A stretch of 58,872 nucleotides of DNA, counting the filler, from Basidiobolus ranarum (Eukaryota), in assembly GCA_040143965.1 (NCBI GenBank). It is 6 parts of 6 records of this genome, joined end to end, with 100 filler letters (N's around TTAATTAATTAA, not from the genome) between each part and the next. Parts side by side here need not be neighbours in the genome. Positions count along the whole stretch, not along the records: positions 49,169 to 58,872 come from JASJQH010000792.1; 5 more parts are not named here. One strand, written 5' to 3'. Numbering within the stretch: position 1 is the stretch's first letter; each line of letters begins with the position of its first letter. Below, in pieces: positions 55,035-58,872 of this stretch. A program made the translations under genes and the position numbers. Below the pieces are notes generated by a model. It was given only the letters and a program-made list of their open reading frames with translations, did not search any database and was not told the origin of the DNA.

Positions 55035-55312
55035 TTTATATTTGACCTGTTAATTGATTTATTAAGTATTTTTGCCGGGTTCTCCCATCATTTATGAACC
55101 ACAATGAATCTTGTCCCCTGGAATTCATCACTATTCCGTACGGTATTAGTAGGAAGAAGGCCGAAGTGTCACACCATCTTCGTGAAGTGGATTGAGGAAC
55201 GTGTACCTGGATAAACCTCATAATCAGAGGTGGGTAATGCCTGCTTGAGATGTTAAGATATGTCATCAACCTGTCGTCTCTAGCCGACTGCCATCACTTT
55301 CCGATACCACAC
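55035..55312 (-). repeat. Left arm of a ~280-bp inverted repeat (partner 58500-58783)
   Basis: GTATTTTTGCCGGGTTCT...TTTCCGATACCACA is the near reverse complement of TGTGGCATCGGAAAG...CCGGCAAAAATAC. Confidence 0.92.
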
Positions 55313-56356
55313 TGGGAGGGGTACCAAACAGATTCCCTAGTTGTTAGCTATACCCTGCTCCTTTGAACTGATGAAGGTGAGAACCTAGGTTTCGCCTCTT
55401 ACTGTGGTTGATGATCATGTGTTGAGACAATGGGACTTTATTGAAGTTTTAGGAGCTGTGATCCAGCCGTAAAGTCATTGTAGCGATAGGCAATATCTTA
55501 TCTATGCGCCATGATTATTTCCTTGATAACAAATATGCTAGCTATGTGAGTTTATTTCGGAGTCTTTTCCAACGAAATGACTCTTGGATAAATCCATGTC
55601 CAAGGCTACGAACGACAGTCCATCTCGGCGTGAACAGTATTTCCGATAGATTCCATTGAATACGTCAATAAAGATGAGAAAAAATATTCCCGCAAAGTAC
55701 TTTCCTTAATTGGACATATGTCATTTTGGATTTTGTGAGAGTTGTATCGGATCTCTTCCATAGAACCCTAAATCTTCCAGAAACGTGAGGTTTGTTGGGT
55801 GTTCGTTCGCCCAGTGTGCAATGGAATCGGATCCACATAAAGCCAGCATAAAGCTTGCTATTTGGATGTACCCAAGCAGCAGAGATAGTCTCTGATGGCG
55901 TATTGTATCTGTCATGGCTCGCTGCCAGACTCATAGCGTGACGATTATGTAATTCATCGTATACAACACAAGATGGAAGTTCTGATACTTTTCAAGCAAA
56001 ATGAGAAATTCGTTGTGAAGAAGATTTGGATCATTTGGCATTGAAAAGATTGTTTGTTTTGTGATGAGTACTGGTAAGATGAAGCTCTTCGATACGTGTA
56101 CATATGGATGATACGCACGGTGAGATAACATAGATATGTGGTAAGATAATCAAGGAGAAATCATTTCTTTTTCGTGGCTAAGATAATATCAATAATATAA
56201 ATAACGATAACGATAACGAAAACAAAAATGAAAACGGGTTGCTATGAATAGTTCGGCTACCAACAAAGATCCTCTCGATAAAATGAGATCATCAAGCTGA
56301 TGGGATGACTCCACACATCCGCACATAGGACGCTACCATTATGGAGGCTCAAGGTG

Positions 56357-57055
56357 TTAACTAATCAAGGGATGGGTGCTGTCGGTGTGCAGAAGTTTTG
56401 TGGTATGGAAAAACCGGGTTTGGCAGGGGGTGTTCCAACCACACGCAGATAGCGATGGACAATGATCTGAGTAATCGGGGTAAAACTCAGGAGTTTCGTT
56501 GAGAGGAACATGTTGAATTGAATGAATCTTTAATTGATGGAGTTGTTGCTTACGAACAATAATGAAATGCTCCAAAAACTTTAACCAACTAAAGTACTCT
56601 TCCTTGGAGACGAAGAGTTGATACTGAATCGATGCCAAAAATTCCACTTCCATACGCGTTATCTCTTCCACGGGAATTCCAGTAACATTAGACCAGAATT
56701 GGTTGTGAAAGGTTTTGTCATCCAAATATTTGTTGGCCAGTAAGACGGCCATAGTGAAAATACGAACCTCAGAGCCTGGTTGACCTTGCAGTTCAGGATG
56801 AGCAGCTTTCACCCGCTGAATATACTTCAATGCCAAAATAATCACCGAGGAAGAGACTTGGGTGACTATCAGCAAGTTTTGGCAGTGGGTTTTGAAAAGA
56901 TTACTAGCACAACTAGTGATGGGATCGATGTCAGAATACCAAGTAAAGGTGGCAATATCAGCGGCGAATGCTGCAAAACATAAAAGAGCTTGATCACGCT
57001 GGGCCATGTTGTTGGCATGATGCTGTGGCAGTAGTGTGCGTGATGAGACGGACAT
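56357..57055 (-). CDS. Pho80/PCL/Clg1-like cyclin, intronless (ATG 57055; the ORF extends to TTG 57133)
   Basis: TQVSSSVIILALKYIQR, GSEVRIFTMAVLLANKYLDDKTFHNQFWSNVTGIPVEEITRMEVEFL. Confidence 0.88.
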   Translation of the reverse strand: MSVSSRTLLPQHHANNMAQRDQALLCFAAFAADIATFTWYSDIDPITSCASNLFKTHCQNLLIVTQVSSSVIILALKYIQRVKAAHPELQGQPGSEVRIFTMAVLLANKYLDDKTFHNQFWSNVTGIPVEEITRMEVEFLASIQYQLFVSKEEYFSWLKFLEHFIIVRKQQLHQLKIHSIQHVPLNETPEFYPDYSDHCPSLSACGWNTPCQTRFFHTTKLLHTDSTHPLIS

Positions 57056-58499
57056 AAAACAAGATATACAAGAAGTATTAAAAGAAGTAAGAACGGTGGT
57101 TGAGATGTGATATCCAAGGAATTCAAGCAGCAAGAGTAGCTAGATCATGCCACTCCACGGTGCTAGGAACTGTATATATAGGGGCCATTTTCTATTCGAT
57201 AATCTGAGGTTGTTGTGCTCAGACAATGACTATTGAACGATCATGTCAGATTGATCCAGGGATGTTGTGAATCAATGATGGATGCTACCGAAAGAACCTG
57301 GTTGATGGTGGTAAGGTTTTTCATCTATTACTGGGTGATCTAAAAGAGATCGATTATACGGGATTCACTAGTAGGTGCGGGTGGCCAATCGCTGCACAGA
57401 TGGCCAACCCAGGCTATGTCAATAGATCCTCTGTTGATAAACGGATAACATGAACTGAGGAGGATCTATGACGGAGTTACCGTATTCGTGTGAAATTGAT
57501 ATCTTAACAAATTGCAAGGCAAATCAGGCCGCAATCCATTGCTGATCCAGGGAATATACGCTATGTACAGAGTGGAGAACACATAGCCTTGAGTGTTTTC
57601 CTTGCTCTAAGGTAACCTTGTAGCTGGCTCGGAATCAGTGCAGCGTCAGTGTGGCGTCAGGACAGTATTTGCCCAGACGTACCCTATGATTGAGTATGTA
57701 CTGGCTATATTATCGCCGGGTCTTAGAATCGAGACAGTGGAGAAACTTTATATCAACTATCGTTCCATTCCATAGGATAGCGACCTAACATAGACGCATA
57801 TGCGATATTCATTTGGCTGTGGGTTGAAAACATTATCACTCGTAGTGGCCTTCACAACCTGTGTTTCTCTGGATTCTTTTCATTCATTTATCCTCGTTTG
57901 GAAGTAAATATGGATCTCTTATCCATCGAATGAATTTGAAAAAGGCACCTAAGATTAGCAAATACAATTCCATATGCTGACCCATCTTTAACTAAATCTG
58001 GGCGATAATCTTCTGAGTTGGAGAATCTTTGTTCCCAAAACTGTAATACATTGAATCTCCGAGCCATTGGCTTCCATGAATGTAGGCTGGCTTGAATCCA
58101 CACCTTCAATTATTAATTCTGCCTTCTTTAGACTGATGCTTGGTTTGTATGATGGAGTCCGCATATCGGAGATTTTGCTAGGATTGGTTTTGAGAAACCC
58201 TATGAAGGAAGCACTGCATATCAACTGAAGCTAATGAATCTGGAAACCTTGAATCAGCATGTGAAATTTATTGGTGGGAAGACCAAACTTTACCATGACA
58301 AATGCTTAACTAGTGGAGATACAGCTCACCAATACCCTCCTGAAAGTTGACTCTTGGAACTGTATTAAAGCTATTTAAGATCTTAACTTTATTCAGATTT
58401 CCTGAGCGTATATCACGCTATGAGGCGAAACCTTTGTCCTCACGTTCATCCGTTCGAAGAGGTAGGGCGCAGCCGGAGTATCTGTTGATGAGCATCCTT

Positions 58500-58783
58500 G
58501 TGTGGCATCGGAAAGTGATGGCAGTCGGCTAGAGACAATAGGTTGGTGACATATGTCGATGACACACCTCAAGCAGGCGTTACCCACCTCTGATTATGAG
58601 GTTTATCCAGGTACACGCTCCTCAATCCACTTCACGAAGATGGTGTGACACTTCGGCCATCTTCCCACTAATACTGTACGGAATAGTGATGGATTCCAGG
58701 GGACAAGATTCATTGTGGTTCATAAATGATGGAAGAACCCGGCAAAAATACGTAATAAATCTCTAATTGAAAGTCAAAATAAA
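58500..58783 (+). repeat. Right arm of a ~280-bp inverted repeat (partner 55035-55312)
   Basis: Direct comparison with the left arm. Confidence 0.92.
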
Positions 58784-58872
58784 CAAAAGATTAGTGAAAA
58801 TTTACTTAACCATACTTTAGGGGGGGCTCAATCTTGGCAAAATCATCTGATTAGTAAGCCAATTTTTAAAGA

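Overview
AT-rich, intron-rich eukaryotic DNA from an early-diverging fungus; a Basidiobolus/Zoopagomycota- or Mucoromycota-like organism is my inference. The window is not continuous. It is six unlinked contigs of about 9.7 kb in descending size (1-9749, 9850-19593, 19694-29427, 29528-39252, 39353-49068, 49169-58872), joined by artificial N44-TTAATTAATTAA-N44 spacers, so adjacency across spacers means nothing. Housekeeping genes: RPS3, PP2A scaffold A, GAPDH, RPA32, Ras, IQGAP, PRP43, an ankyrin+DIL protein, a Zn2Cys6 transcription factor and a Pho80/PCL-like cyclin. Accessory genes: a bacterial-type imine reductase, an ascomycete-type GST, a WS/DGAT, an apolipoprotein-like repeat protein and an orphan secreted protein. 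Mobile DNA: a Ty5/copia family primed by half-tRNAiMet with many solo LTRs, an internally deleted piggyBac with TTAA target duplications, Tc1-like ends and a cox1 NUMT. Most notable observations: an otherwise intact GAPDH with an in-frame TGA at codon 18; a Ras gene that needs a 2-nt microexon; a cyclin enclosed by ~280-bp inverted repeats (possible pack-type element); an IQGAP with ~22 IQ repeats and no obvious AUG for its first exon; and a snoRNA candidate in the RPS3 intron.
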